64,000 nucleotides of DNA from Spirulina sp. Lineage in GTDB: Bacteria > Cyanobacteriota > Cyanobacteriia > Phormidesmidales > Phormidesmidaceae. The stretch lies in contig JBIPSI010000001.1 in NCBI GenBank assembly GCA_044070495.1, positions 32,001 to 96,000 of the forward strand. The letters run 5' to 3'. The first letter of the stretch is position 1; each line of letters begins with the position of its first letter. The position numbers and the translations under genes are program-made. Positions 17,749 to 27,309 of this stretch are shown here, piece after piece. Below the pieces are notes generated by a model, which worked only from the letters and a program-made list of their open reading frames with translations, had not been told where the DNA came from and made no database searches.

Positions 17749-19026
17749 CTAAACGGGTTGATCCCATCCATGGGCTGGGCTGAGGGCTAGCAGACGCTCT
17801 AGCTTGGGCACCGTTAGGGGTAGCGCCAGCGTCAGATCGACCATTGCCGCTAACGGTGCCATCGGGGCTGGCAAGGGGCCGATTTCCCCCAGGAGGACGA
17901 TCTTAGGGCGTGGGGGTGGCAAGGTCTGGAGGTCGGCGGCGAGGGTGGTTGCATTGTCTTGGCTGAGGAGCACGAGGAGGTGGGGCGGCTGACGTTGCAG
18001 GATCGGGAGCGCCTCTGCCCAGTGGGTTTGTCGGCGCATTTGCCAGCCGCAGAGTTGAAGGTAGGTCATCCAGGGATGGGATCGGTGGGGGTCGGGGTCT
18101 AGGAGGAAGAGGCTGGGGGGCGATACCGACGTTTCTAACGGGTGGGGAGAACGGCTAGGACGGCCATCCACGGGCAGATACAGCGAAAATCGGCTGCCGT
18201 GCCCCTCTTCCGACTCCACGGCGACGTAGCCGCCGTGAAGTTGGGCCAGTTGTTGGGTGAGGGCAAGGCCAAGGCCCGTGCCGTCGTAGCGGCGGTTGAG
18301 GTCGCTATCCAGTTGGGTAAAGGGCTTAAAGAGCCTACCGCGTTGATCGTCGGCAATGCCAATGCCCGTATCGGCCACCTCAAACTGCACCATGCCCCCG
18401 ACAGACTGCACCGTCAGGGTCACCTGCCCTTGATCGGTAAATTTGATGGCGTTAGATAGCAGATTCAACAACATTTGGCGCAGGCGCTGTTCGTCCGCCA
18501 CGCAGGTCTGGGCGGCCTCCGCTACCTGACAAAACAGGGTAATGGGCTTAGCCGCCACGCGGGGGGTCACCATGGCTAGGCACGTGTGGCACAGGGCCGG
18601 AATATCCACCTCAGACAGCCGCAAATGTTCCTGTCCGGCCTCCACCTTTGAGAGGTCGAGGATGTCGCTAATCAGGGCTAGGAGATGTTCTCCGCTGGCA
18701 TGGATGCAGTTGAGGTATTCTAACTGCTTCGAGGTTAGCGGCCCCACCACCTGCTGGCTGAGCAGGGATGATAACCCCAGAATGGCGTTGAGGGGGGTAC
18801 GCAGTTCGTGGCTCATCATGGCCAAAAACTGGCTCTTGGCCCGACTAGCTGCCTCGGCAGCCTGTTGCTGCGTCATTAGGGCTTGCTGTTCCTGCAATTG
18901 CTGGGCCACCTGGGTAGCAAACTGCTGATACAGCAACTCCCGTTCCGCTAACAATTGCTGAAGCCGCTGAAAGGCCGCCTGATCACGACAGAGAGGACGC
19001 AGATCATCCAGATTTGGAGAACCCAT
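17749..19026 (-). CDS. Cytoplasmic histidine kinase with degenerate C-terminal receiver
   Basis: MSHELRTPLNAI, NLLSNAIKFT, DTGIGI, GTGLGLAL. Confidence 0.88.
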   Translation of the reverse strand: MGSPNLDDLRPLCRDQAAFQRLQQLLAERELLYQQFATQVAQQLQEQQALMTQQQAAEAASRAKSQFLAMMSHELRTPLNAILGLSSLLSQQVVGPLTSKQLEYLNCIHASGEHLLALISDILDLSKVEAGQEHLRLSEVDIPALCHTCLAMVTPRVAAKPITLFCQVAEAAQTCVADEQRLRQMLLNLLSNAIKFTDQGQVTLTVQSVGGMVQFEVADTGIGIADDQRGRLFKPFTQLDSDLNRRYDGTGLGLALTQQLAQLHGGYVAVESEEGHGSRFSLYLPVDGRPSRSPHPLETSVSPPSLFLLDPDPHRSHPWMTYLQLCGWQMRRQTHWAEALPILQRQPPHLLVLLSQDNATTLAADLQTLPPPRPKIVLLGEIGPLPAPMAPLAAMVDLTLALPLTVPKLERLLALSPAHGWDQPV

Positions 19027-19287
19027 GGCAACAAAGCAAAGGGACAGGGGTGCCCCACCCGGTAAGGGCAGGCCATAGTCTTAGAAATCCCAGATTGTGA
19101 CGGTCTGAATCTTCAAAATGGGCCGGAAATCTAAAAAAAATCTGTTTATCTTGGCCTGCCCGCCGCAGGTTTGTCGCCAGTAACTCGGCCCAAACAAGAA
19201 TGGCAGAGGATATGCTCCCTCTGCCATAGGCTTGCAATCTTTACTGATGAAAGGGGTTTGAAGGCAACCAACCCCTAACGCCTGGGT

Positions 19288-19614
19288 TTACCAGCGAGAG
19301 AACTCGCGGTTGCCGCCGCCGTTGCCACGACCCCCAAAGTTGCCACGGGGTGCGCCACCACCGGCCCGCTTTTCCTTGGGACGAGCCTTGTTAACCCGCA
19401 GCTCGCGCCCCATCCATTCCGCACCGTCTAGGGCCTCGATAGCCGCATCTTCGTCGGCTTCCTTCTCCATTTCCACAAAGGCAAAGCCCCTGGGACGACC
19501 CGTTTCCCGGTCGGTGGGCACCGTCACTCGGCTAACGGCCCCGTACTCAGCGAAGACTTCGGTAATGTCTCCCTCAGTAGCGTTGTAGGCAAGGTTCCCT
19601 ACATAAATCGACAT
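19288..19614 (-). CDS. RRM RNA-binding protein with Gly-rich tail (Rbp family)
   Basis: SIYVGNL (RNP2), RGFAFVEM (RNP1). Confidence 0.95.
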   Translation of the reverse strand: MSIYVGNLAYNATEGDITEVFAEYGAVSRVTVPTDRETGRPRGFAFVEMEKEADEDAAIEALDGAEWMGRELRVNKARPKEKRAGGGAPRGNFGGRGNGGGNREFSRW

Positions 19615-19619
19615 GGCAC

Positions 19620-19745
19620 AACTCCAAATTAGACGTGAAATGTAGACAAGTTCGATTCGGAGTGGTACTCACCGATTTACCCGAGAACTGAGATCAGACA
19701 CTGAGATCAGACTGTGACTAACCAGCCTACCGAAAACAAAACATG
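19620..19745 (-). promoter_or_regulatory. Conserved rbp 5'-leader boxes
   Basis: Minus strand TTTGTTTTCGGT, ATCGGTGA, ACTCCGAA and TTTGGAG resemble box II/III/I and the RBS of cold-inducible cyanobacterial rbp genes. Confidence 0.55.
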
Positions 19746-19865
19746 TTACCCGCCTACTGTAACACAAGGCATCGAGGCGTGAATGGTTTGTAACACAGTG
19801 TCAGCAATGCTTATGGCCGTTTGGGATCGCCCCTGGAGCGACTTAAATGGCAGGAGGCCCGCGAC

Positions 19866-20750
19866 CTAGATCGATACCCTCGAAACCGAGGGACTGGGGC
19901 GGGCTTCGACCAATGCGGGCACCGGGGCAGTGGGCCAGGCTGGAACAGGGCCGGTCGGCAATTGGGGCTGCCCCTCGGCCCGCACGGGTGGGCGCGGGAA
20001 GGTGAGGGGAAAGGGGCCATAATCTTGGAGATGCGACTGACGCAGATGCCCCGCTTGATTGGCCTGCCAGAGGGTGCCGCTGTTGACCTCCAGACAGGTC
20101 AACCAATGCCCTTCACAGGCGGCAGTATCCAGGCAAATGGTATGCCCTAGATTCAGGGGATGGCCGCTGCGTTGGGGGGTGTGGCCACAGATTAAGATTT
20201 TGCCCGAGGGGTGGGGCTGAGGTCGCTGAAGCTTATCCCAAAAAATAGCCTGATCCGGTTGTTGCAAAAGAGGCCGGTGGGGGGATAGGGTACCGTGGAG
20301 AAAAATGTATTTTTCCGTGGCAAACCACCGGAGACCTTGGTGCTGCAACAGGTGCCAGTGGCTATCTGGAACATGGGTTAATGGAGAATCGACAGCGGGG
20401 TCATCCCTAACATTCGGGTTGCCGCCTACAGAGAGGTGATCCGTCCCACCGTCCGCTGCCCCGTAGGAGGTTAAGGTCTGCTGATCAACCAGAACCTCGC
20501 CGTTAACGATGGCCCTACCTAACCGTCGAGCGATCAGGAATTTGATCTCATGATTCCCTAGAAGGGGCACCAAGATGCCCTCCCGAGAAAGCCGGACTAA
20601 GCTATCTAAAACAGCCTTAGAATCCGGCCCTTTGTTAACATAATCGCCTAGGGTAACAACACAGTCTCCAGGCCGAGGATCAATGGCCGCTAACAGTGTA
20701 TTTAAAGCCGTTGCACAGCCGTGGATATCTCCGACCGCAAAGAGGCGCAT
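19866..20750 (-). CDS. Calcineurin-like metallophosphoesterase (PPP family)
   Basis: GDIHG, GDYVNKG, GNHE, HG, GHT, DT motifs. Confidence 0.92.
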   Translation of the reverse strand: MRLFAVGDIHGCATALNTLLAAIDPRPGDCVVTLGDYVNKGPDSKAVLDSLVRLSREGILVPLLGNHEIKFLIARRLGRAIVNGEVLVDQQTLTSYGAADGGTDHLSVGGNPNVRDDPAVDSPLTHVPDSHWHLLQHQGLRWFATEKYIFLHGTLSPHRPLLQQPDQAIFWDKLQRPQPHPSGKILICGHTPQRSGHPLNLGHTICLDTAACEGHWLTCLEVNSGTLWQANQAGHLRQSHLQDYGPFPLTFPRPPVRAEGQPQLPTGPVPAWPTAPVPALVEARPSPSVSRVSI

Positions 20751-20915
20751 AACCGACCTATAGCCTTAGAAAAATCAGGTTGGTCGGTATTTAGTAGAGA
20801 CCTTACCTAGCACAGACCGAAAGGCTTTCTCAAGCCCAAAACTGCCCATAGATGAAGAGCAATTAGGAAACTACTTAATATCAAATTCCAACCTAACTTC
20901 AATATATCAAGACAG

Positions 20916-20956
20916 CCTTTAGCTCAAGGTTATTGTGAGTTTAAGCCAGAGTTAAG
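20916..20956 (-). promoter_or_regulatory. Putative Pho box (SphR site)
   Basis: Minus strand CTTAACTC-tgg-CTTAAACT-cac-AATAACCT-tga-GCTAAAGG, 11-bp period, then TATATT. Confidence 0.6.
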
Positions 20957-21089
20957 GATGGATCTGGGCCGTCCGGAAACCTGGGTGTCAGTCGTGGCGG
21001 TTGTGGGGCTGTCCATGGCACTAGGTCAACCAGGGGCATGATTCGCTACCATAGGCGATGACTGGAACCTGGAAGCGGCGCGAAACCCT

Positions 21090-21797
21090 ATGAAAGTCAA
21101 GCCTGTTTTGATTATTGGCACGGTTGTTTTGGTCGGGCTTGCGGCGGGGGCCGGAGCCGGAGCCGCCTACTATTGGATGCAGGCCACGGCCCTGCCACCC
21201 GCCACCCAAACGGCAGAGACCCTACCCGTGGTTCTAGCCACCAATCGACCCAACACCAGCGCCGAATCGGTGATTGCCCAAAAGCTGGCCAGCGGCGAAG
21301 GAGTGCGCTACGAGGGCGGCAATCGCGTCGCCATCACCCTGTCTGAACCGGAGGTGAACCAACTCATCCTAGACGGTTTGGCCCAGGTGCCCGAAGCCCA
21401 ATCGGTGCTGGCATCATCCCAGGGCATTAGCACCACGATCCAAGGTCAGCGAGTTCGCAGCGGCATTACCCTCAACCCAGCGGATTTGCCCACCGAAAGC
21501 CTACCACCCCAGGCCCAGCGCGCCTTGGCAATGGCCAACCTATTGGGCAACAATTCTCTCTATGTGGGCATTGAGGGCAGCCCTAGGGTAGACAACGGAC
21601 GCCTGGTTCTCAGCGACGATACCCAAATTCAGGTGGGACGCATCAACCTCACCCTGGCGGATATTGAGCGGGCCACGGGGATGAGTGCTGACCAAATTAG
21701 CCAAACCCTCAGCGTCACCCTACCCCAAACGGGGCTTACCGTAGACGGCCTAGAGTTTTCGGAAGGGGCCGCCATCCTACGCGGAGCCATGCCCTAG
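21090..21797 (+). CDS. Hypothetical membrane-anchored protein
   Basis: 235 aa, N-terminal TM segment. Confidence 0.75.
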   Translation: MKVKPVLIIGTVVLVGLAAGAGAGAAYYWMQATALPPATQTAETLPVVLATNRPNTSAESVIAQKLASGEGVRYEGGNRVAITLSEPEVNQLILDGLAQVPEAQSVLASSQGISTTIQGQRVRSGITLNPADLPTESLPPQAQRALAMANLLGNNSLYVGIEGSPRVDNGRLVLSDDTQIQVGRINLTLADIERATGMSADQISQTLSVTLPQTGLTVDGLEFSEGAAILRGAMP

Positions 21798-21855
21798 GTT
21801 GCCCCCAATGTTCTAAGGTAAAACACAGAACGCTAGCGCTGGGTTAACCGTTGCG

Positions 21856-22365
21856 ATGAACTATCTTGTTGCCGTGCTCGAAAACCGTCTGAAGGCGGAG
21901 GAAGCCTACGCCGCCCTCGAGGAGGCCAAGGTGCCCAAGGACAGTATGGATATCCTGGGCCGAGGCTTTAAATCCGCCGATGAGTATGGCCTGATTGACC
22001 CCGCCGACCAAGCCTGGAAGCAAATTCGACTGATGATGCTGTGGCTGGTGCCCTTTGGCTTTGGGGCGGGGTTTGTGTTTAACATCATCACCGGGTTAGA
22101 TACCTTTGCCTGGACGGGTCGCCTGGGTAACCAGATGATCGGCGGTCTGCTGGGGGCAGTCTCCGGGGCGATGGGGGCATTTTTCATTGGCGGCGGGGTC
22201 GGTTTGGCGGTGGGCGGCGGCGATGCCCTGTCCTACCGCAACAGTCTGTCTGCCGGAAAGTTTTTGGTGGTGGTGCGCGGTTCCGAGGCGTTGGTGCGCC
22301 AAGCTACCCCCATCCTGCGCCGTTTTCGCCCAGAGGCCATCCAAGGCTACAGCGCCAGTGATTAG
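21856..22365 (+). CDS. Conserved cyanobacterial membrane protein (glycine-zipper hairpin)
   Basis: MNYLVAVL...GFKSADEYGLIDP...GKFLVVVRG. Confidence 0.8.
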   Translation: MNYLVAVLENRLKAEEAYAALEEAKVPKDSMDILGRGFKSADEYGLIDPADQAWKQIRLMMLWLVPFGFGAGFVFNIITGLDTFAWTGRLGNQMIGGLLGAVSGAMGAFFIGGGVGLAVGGGDALSYRNSLSAGKFLVVVRGSEALVRQATPILRRFRPEAIQGYSASD

Positions 22366-22387
22366 CGAAATAGCTGACGTTGTGGCG

Positions 22388-24073
22388 ATGGTTCCGGCGC
22401 AGCCCGATGCCTGGGACTATCGCTACGAAGGCCGCTGTCCTCGCACCGGGAACCTCTACCGCCTGCCCCGCACCACCCTAGCCAAGGCCGCAGCCCAGGG
22501 GTTGATGGACACCCTGGCCACCGACCCCCAAGCCCTTGGTGAAGGCAAAATGTACGGGGTGCTGCTGGTGCGGGTTCCGGGCCAGCCTGGGCGTGAGGGC
22601 ATAGCCGTCCTAAAAGCCTTTTCCGGCCTATGGCGGGGGCAAGCCGAGCGTCCAGGGTGGGTGCCGCCGATTCCTGGCCGCGAGCAGGTCGCCCTGTTAG
22701 AAGCCCATACCCTCGACCAGTTACATCGGATCAAAACCCGTTTGCAATCTCTAAACGCCCTGCCAGAACGAGCCACCTACGCCCGTCTGTCGGCAGAGTT
22801 TGACCAACAGCGCCAAGTTTTGAACCAACGCCATCGGCAGCGGCGGGAGGATCGGGCACAGCAACGACAGCGCCTCACGGCCACCCTCAGCGGGAAGACA
22901 CTCGCTACGGCCCTAGCGGCCCTCGACCAAGCCAGTCGGGGCGACAAGGCGGAACGACGAGACTTTAAGCAAAAACAATCCGACGCTTTGGATGCCCTCG
23001 CGGCAACGATCCAGGCGGCGGATACCGAAATGCAGGAACTCAAACGGCAGCGGCGGGCTTTGTCCCAACAGCTTCAGGCGGCGATGCACGCGGTCTATCG
23101 GCTCACCAACTTTGTTGGAGATTCCCTTACCCTGGCGGAAATCCAGGATTTAGCCCAACCCAACGGCCTGCCCACGGGCACGGGGGATTGCTGTGCCCCT
23201 AAGCTGCTGCACTATGCCGCCCAGCACGGCCTACAACCCCTGGCCCTGGCGGAATTTTGGTGGGGGCCACCCCTGGGAAATCGGCAGTCTGGCCAGTTTT
23301 ACGAAGCCTGTGAAGAACGCTGCCAGCCGATTCTGGGCTTTCTACTGGCAGGACTTTCTGCTGGGTCTGGGGCTAGGGCTGGGGCTGGATCGGTCATGAC
23401 CTCTGTGGACACGACCTCTGTGGATTGGGATCTACCGATTCTCTATGCCGACGACTGGCTGGTGGTGGTGGATAAACCCGCTGGGCTACTCTCGGTGCCC
23501 GGTCGCTATGGGGATCGTCAGGATAGCGTGTGGTCTCGTCTACAACTGATGTTGCCGGATGGAGCGAATCTACGCCCCGTGCATCGCTTGGATCAGGCGA
23601 CCTCTGGCATCCTCGTATTAGCCCGCACCGCCGACAGCCACCGCCACCTCAGCCAGCAGTTTGCCGAGCGTCAAGTTCACAAAGTCTATGAAGCCCTGCT
23701 AGAAGGCACCCTATCTCAAACCAGCGGCTGGATTAACTTACCCCTCGGCCCTGACCCCCAGCATCCGCCTCGGCAACGGGTTGATTGGCACCAGGGCAAA
23801 CCCAGCCAAACCTATTTTGAGGTGCTAGATCAGGACGATGGCGTCACCCGTGTAGAACTCATCCCCCACACCGGACGCACCCACCAACTGCGGGTTCATG
23901 CCGCCCATCCCCAGGGGCTAAATGCGCCCATTCGAGGGGATGCCCTCTACGGCCCAGTCCCCTATTCTGAGAATGCCAACTTCCAGCGGCTCCACCTTCA
24001 CGCCAAAACCCTGACGATCACCCATCCTCACCACCAAACATCGCTTACGGTTACAACTCCGGTGCCGTTTTGA
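22388..24073 (+). CDS. RluA-family pseudouridine synthase with long N-terminal extension
   Basis: VDKPAGLLSVPG, HRLDQATSG, TGRTHQLRVH, LHLHA; start uncertain (GTG 22358 or ATG 22388). Confidence 0.9.
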   Translation: MVPAQPDAWDYRYEGRCPRTGNLYRLPRTTLAKAAAQGLMDTLATDPQALGEGKMYGVLLVRVPGQPGREGIAVLKAFSGLWRGQAERPGWVPPIPGREQVALLEAHTLDQLHRIKTRLQSLNALPERATYARLSAEFDQQRQVLNQRHRQRREDRAQQRQRLTATLSGKTLATALAALDQASRGDKAERRDFKQKQSDALDALAATIQAADTEMQELKRQRRALSQQLQAAMHAVYRLTNFVGDSLTLAEIQDLAQPNGLPTGTGDCCAPKLLHYAAQHGLQPLALAEFWWGPPLGNRQSGQFYEACEERCQPILGFLLAGLSAGSGARAGAGSVMTSVDTTSVDWDLPILYADDWLVVVDKPAGLLSVPGRYGDRQDSVWSRLQLMLPDGANLRPVHRLDQATSGILVLARTADSHRHLSQQFAERQVHKVYEALLEGTLSQTSGWINLPLGPDPQHPPRQRVDWHQGKPSQTYFEVLDQDDGVTRVELIPHTGRTHQLRVHAAHPQGLNAPIRGDALYGPVPYSENANFQRLHLHAKTLTITHPHHQTSLTVTTPVPF

Positions 24074-24166
24074 GGACGCTGTTTTGAGGGGATGCCTTAA
24101 GGCCTTGTCAACGTGGGCCAACTATTCTCCAAATGCCCATAGACTAAGGGACTCTGGCCACGACTA

Positions 24167-24282
24167 CCAGGGAGTAAACTCCCCGGCTGATTGCAGAAGT
24201 CTGCTGAAGCAGACTGGGAAACTCGGCTCCCAATCCTCTTCAGAGGATTTTGGCTTTGAGCCTGGGACTTCTAGTCCTAGGC
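24167..24282. repeat. Four-palindrome REP-like composite element
   Basis: CCAGGGAGTAAACTCCCCGG / AGTCTGCTGAAGCAGACT / AATCCTCTTCAGAGGATT / GCCTGGGACTTCTAGTCCTAGGC. Confidence 0.7.
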
Positions 24283-24305
24283 CCTTAACCCAAACGGGGG
24301 ATAAC

Positions 24306-24770
24306 CTAGCGAATACCGGCCTTTTCGAGTTGTTGGCGCAGGCGGCGGAGGTGGCTGGTGCGGCTGCTTAAGTTCGCTGTTTTGCCAGCAATCAGCACAT
24401 AGATTTTTCCAGAAAAGCGGCCCGATAACCCCGTCCGCTGATAGACCAAAATGCCGTCATCGCGGGCGTCGGGCACTTCGCTGTAGCCCATGTCGGCCAG
24501 GATGTTGGTGAGTTGTTGCCTAAAGGTTTTTTGACTGGGGCAGGTGAGGGTGAGGGTGCTGCTGCGGTTGAGGCTGGCCCCTACGAGTCCGCCAATGACC
24601 CCAAACAACAGCCCGAACTGATTGGGCTGGCCTGTTTCTAGGCCCACGCCCAGGGTTTGGGTGGCCAGCAGGGTGGTGACGAGGGCCGTCCCTACAAAGT
24701 AATAGAGAAAGGTAAGCCCAAAACCAGGGCCTTGGGGGAGAACGGGACTGTCTTCTGGGGCGGATGGCAT
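24306..24770 (-). CDS. Hypothetical 2-TM membrane protein
   Basis: 154 aa, FLYYF motif and two TM segments. Confidence 0.75.
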   Translation of the reverse strand: MPSAPEDSPVLPQGPGFGLTFLYYFVGTALVTTLLATQTLGVGLETGQPNQFGLLFGVIGGLVGASLNRSSTLTLTCPSQKTFRQQLTNILADMGYSEVPDARDDGILVYQRTGLSGRFSGKIYVLIAGKTANLSSRTSHLRRLRQQLEKAGIR

Positions 24771-24843
24771 GGCAAAGACGCGCTAGGAAGAACCGAATGG
24801 GGGGCGAAAGCTCCTGGATGGGAACTTGGCTGGAGCTAGGAGC

Positions 24844-25200
24844 TTAGTAGCGGGGCACGGATCGATCCACCACCGTGGAGTAGGCATCGATGCCGCCACT
24901 GATGTTGTGCAGGTGGGTGAACCCTTGCTGGGCTAGCCATGCACACATTTGGGCGGATCGCATTCCGTGGTGGCAGAGCACGGCGGTTTCTTTGTCGGCC
25001 TCAAGCTGGCTGTGGATGGTTTCGCCCCAGCGGGCAAACTGGCTGAGGGGCAGGTTTATAAACCCCGGCAGACTGGCTAGGGCTAGCTCATCGGGTTCGC
25101 GTACGTCGATGAGTTGGAGGTCATCCCCGGCGGCTAGGCGCTGGGCCAAGGTTTCGACAGACATGGACTGGAATGGAACAGATTCGGGTGACATCGCCAT
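24844..25200 (-). CDS. Rhodanese-like sulfurtransferase
   Basis: LIDVRE, CHHGMRS, GGIDAYS..VD.SVPRY. Confidence 0.9.
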   Translation of the reverse strand: MAMSPESVPFQSMSVETLAQRLAAGDDLQLIDVREPDELALASLPGFINLPLSQFARWGETIHSQLEADKETAVLCHHGMRSAQMCAWLAQQGFTHLHNISGGIDAYSTVVDRSVPRY

Positions 25201-25249
25201 AGTGAATTACAACAAACTTCCGTGGATCATGGTGGATCGCAATCATGAA

Positions 25250-26134
25250 TCACAGCAAACTGCCAAGGATCATCCCCAAGAGCAACATAAAGCCTAGCTG
25301 CACATTCTGACGAAAGATTTTTCCGTAGAGCCGGGGGGAGGGGTTGTAGCGACTGAGCAGGTAAGACTGGCGCGACCACAGGATCAGCGCCAGGGCTAAG
25401 GTTACCCAATAGGGCCAGTTGAGGAAAAGGACGCCCCCCAGCCACACCAGCGAAAGCCAGGTGCCCAAGAAACAGAGGCCCACCATTTGGGGGGTATAGT
25501 CGCCAAAAAACAAGGCCGCCGAATTCACCCCAATGCGTCGATCATCCTCTCGGTCGGGGATGGCGTAGACCGTGTCAAAGCCGAGGGTCCACAGCACCAC
25601 CGCCAGCCACAGAATCCAAGCCGGGAGTTCTAAGCTGCCCGTCACCGCCGCCCAGGGAATCAGCACCGCAAACCCCCAAGCCAAGGACAGCACTAACTGC
25701 GGCACCGGAAACACCCGCTTGGCCGCTGGATACAGCAAAATGAACGGCACCGCCAGCACACAGAGCCAAAAGCTGAGGCGATTGAGGTACAGGGAGAGGC
25801 CATAGGCGCAGATCAACGACACTCCCAATACCCCAAAGGCCACCGCCACCGACAGTTCACGGGAGGCCAACGGTCGCTTTTGCGTGCGCTGCACCTTGGG
25901 GTCAATGTTGCGATCCCAGAGGTCATTCACCACACACCCCGCCGCGCTGGTGGCCAGGGTACCTAGCACAATCACCCCCACCAGGGGCCAAGGGGGTTGC
26001 CCCGCCGCCGCCAAAAACACCGACCACAGGGCCGGAATCATCAAAATTAGGCGACCGGTGGGCTTATCCCACCGCAGCAGGCGCAGGATGGCCCCCACCG
26101 TGGAGGGAGAGGATTGGGACGGAGAACTGGCCAT
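25250..26134 (-). CDS. ubiA: 4-hydroxybenzoate solanesyltransferase (UbiA/PlqA)
   Basis: RWDKPTG, NDLWDRNID..V.RT..RPL, DTVYA..DREDD. Confidence 0.92.
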   Translation of the reverse strand: MASSPSQSSPSTVGAILRLLRWDKPTGRLILMIPALWSVFLAAAGQPPWPLVGVIVLGTLATSAAGCVVNDLWDRNIDPKVQRTQKRPLASRELSVAVAFGVLGVSLICAYGLSLYLNRLSFWLCVLAVPFILLYPAAKRVFPVPQLVLSLAWGFAVLIPWAAVTGSLELPAWILWLAVVLWTLGFDTVYAIPDREDDRRIGVNSAALFFGDYTPQMVGLCFLGTWLSLVWLGGVLFLNWPYWVTLALALILWSRQSYLLSRYNPSPRLYGKIFRQNVQLGFMLLLGMILGSLL

Positions 26135-26432
26135 GGCTTTAGGACAACAACAGGTGCGGAAAACCGCTGAAAAGAGTCAAAAATAAGCCGTTAAACGATG
26201 AAAGACTTCATTGTCTTCAGTTTATATTCACGTTTCAGGAAAAACGTTCCTTAGGGAACGGCTAGGCGTTAACGTGGGGGGCAAGGTTACCGTGTCAACG
26301 TTACCTAACGTTACCTAATTGTAGGCACTTTCGCCCCCACGTCCCTAGGGCTGGCTTACCATAAAATTATTGTCTTTCTGGAATTCATCGCCTTTCTATA
26401 GCGGATTTCCCTTAAGTGAAGTCCATGGCGAT

Positions 26433-26462
26433 GATCCCCCCTGCCCCCCTTGTTAAGGGGGA
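26433..26462. repeat. GATCCCCC-type small dispersed repeat (half copy)
   Basis: gatccccccTGCcccccttgttaaggggga; related to 27383 and 58773. Confidence 0.65.
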
Positions 26463-26538
26463 TACAGCGCAAACACCCCTGCCTAAAAATCTCTGCCGCG
26501 TTCCCCGGTGCCCTGTGACTGCCGCCCTACCCAATGCC

Positions 26539-27309
26539 ATGGATTTGGCCCCCCATCCAAATCCCGATACCCCCAATGCCCTCGCCATTGACTACCCCAG
26601 TTCAGACGGTGAACCTGTGGCCGAAACCTTTACCCACCTCTACGCCCTGCTGGTTACCCTGGAGGTCTTGCGACAGTATTTGGAGGGCCAGCGGGCGACG
26701 GTGTTGGCCAACCAGTTTCTCTACTATTCCCAGGGCATGCCCAAATTGCGGGTGGCCCCGGATGTGATGGTGATTTTTGGGGTAGAACCCGGGGGCCGCG
26801 ACAACTACAAAATTTGGGAAGAGGGCCAAGTGCCCAGCGTCATCTTTGAGATGACCTCCGCTGGCACCCAAGACCAGGACAAAACCTTCAAAAAAACCCT
26901 CTACGAACAGCTTGGGGTGGTGGAATACTGGCTGTTCGACCCCCGTGGCGAATGGGTGGAGGATCAACTGCAAGGCTATCGCCTAGAACACGACCTCTAC
27001 CGCCCGATTACCGATGGCCGCAGTGTGCCCCTGAACCTACGACTCCAGGTGGAGGGTAGCCTGATTGGGTTCTACCGCGAGGATACCGGAGAGAAACTGC
27101 TGATTCCGAGCGAACTGTCCCAGGCCTTGCGCCAGGAAGCTATCGCCCGCCAGCAGGCCGAACAACGGGCCGAACAGGAGCACCAGCGGGCCGAACAGGA
27201 ACGCCAGCGGGCCGAACAGGCCGAAGCACGCCTCGCCGAACTCCAGGCGCGTCTGAAGGCAGCGGGGGTTAATCTGAACGGCGACAACTTCAGCGGCGAA
27301 AATGCTTAG
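26539..27309 (+). CDS. Uma2 family (DUF820) endonuclease-fold protein
   Basis: YPSSDGEPVAE, VAPDV, FEMTS, GVVEYWLFDP, EQERQRA coiled-coil tail. Confidence 0.9.
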   Translation: MDLAPHPNPDTPNALAIDYPSSDGEPVAETFTHLYALLVTLEVLRQYLEGQRATVLANQFLYYSQGMPKLRVAPDVMVIFGVEPGGRDNYKIWEEGQVPSVIFEMTSAGTQDQDKTFKKTLYEQLGVVEYWLFDPRGEWVEDQLQGYRLEHDLYRPITDGRSVPLNLRLQVEGSLIGFYREDTGEKLLIPSELSQALRQEAIARQQAEQRAEQEHQRAEQERQRAEQAEARLAELQARLKAAGVNLNGDNFSGENA

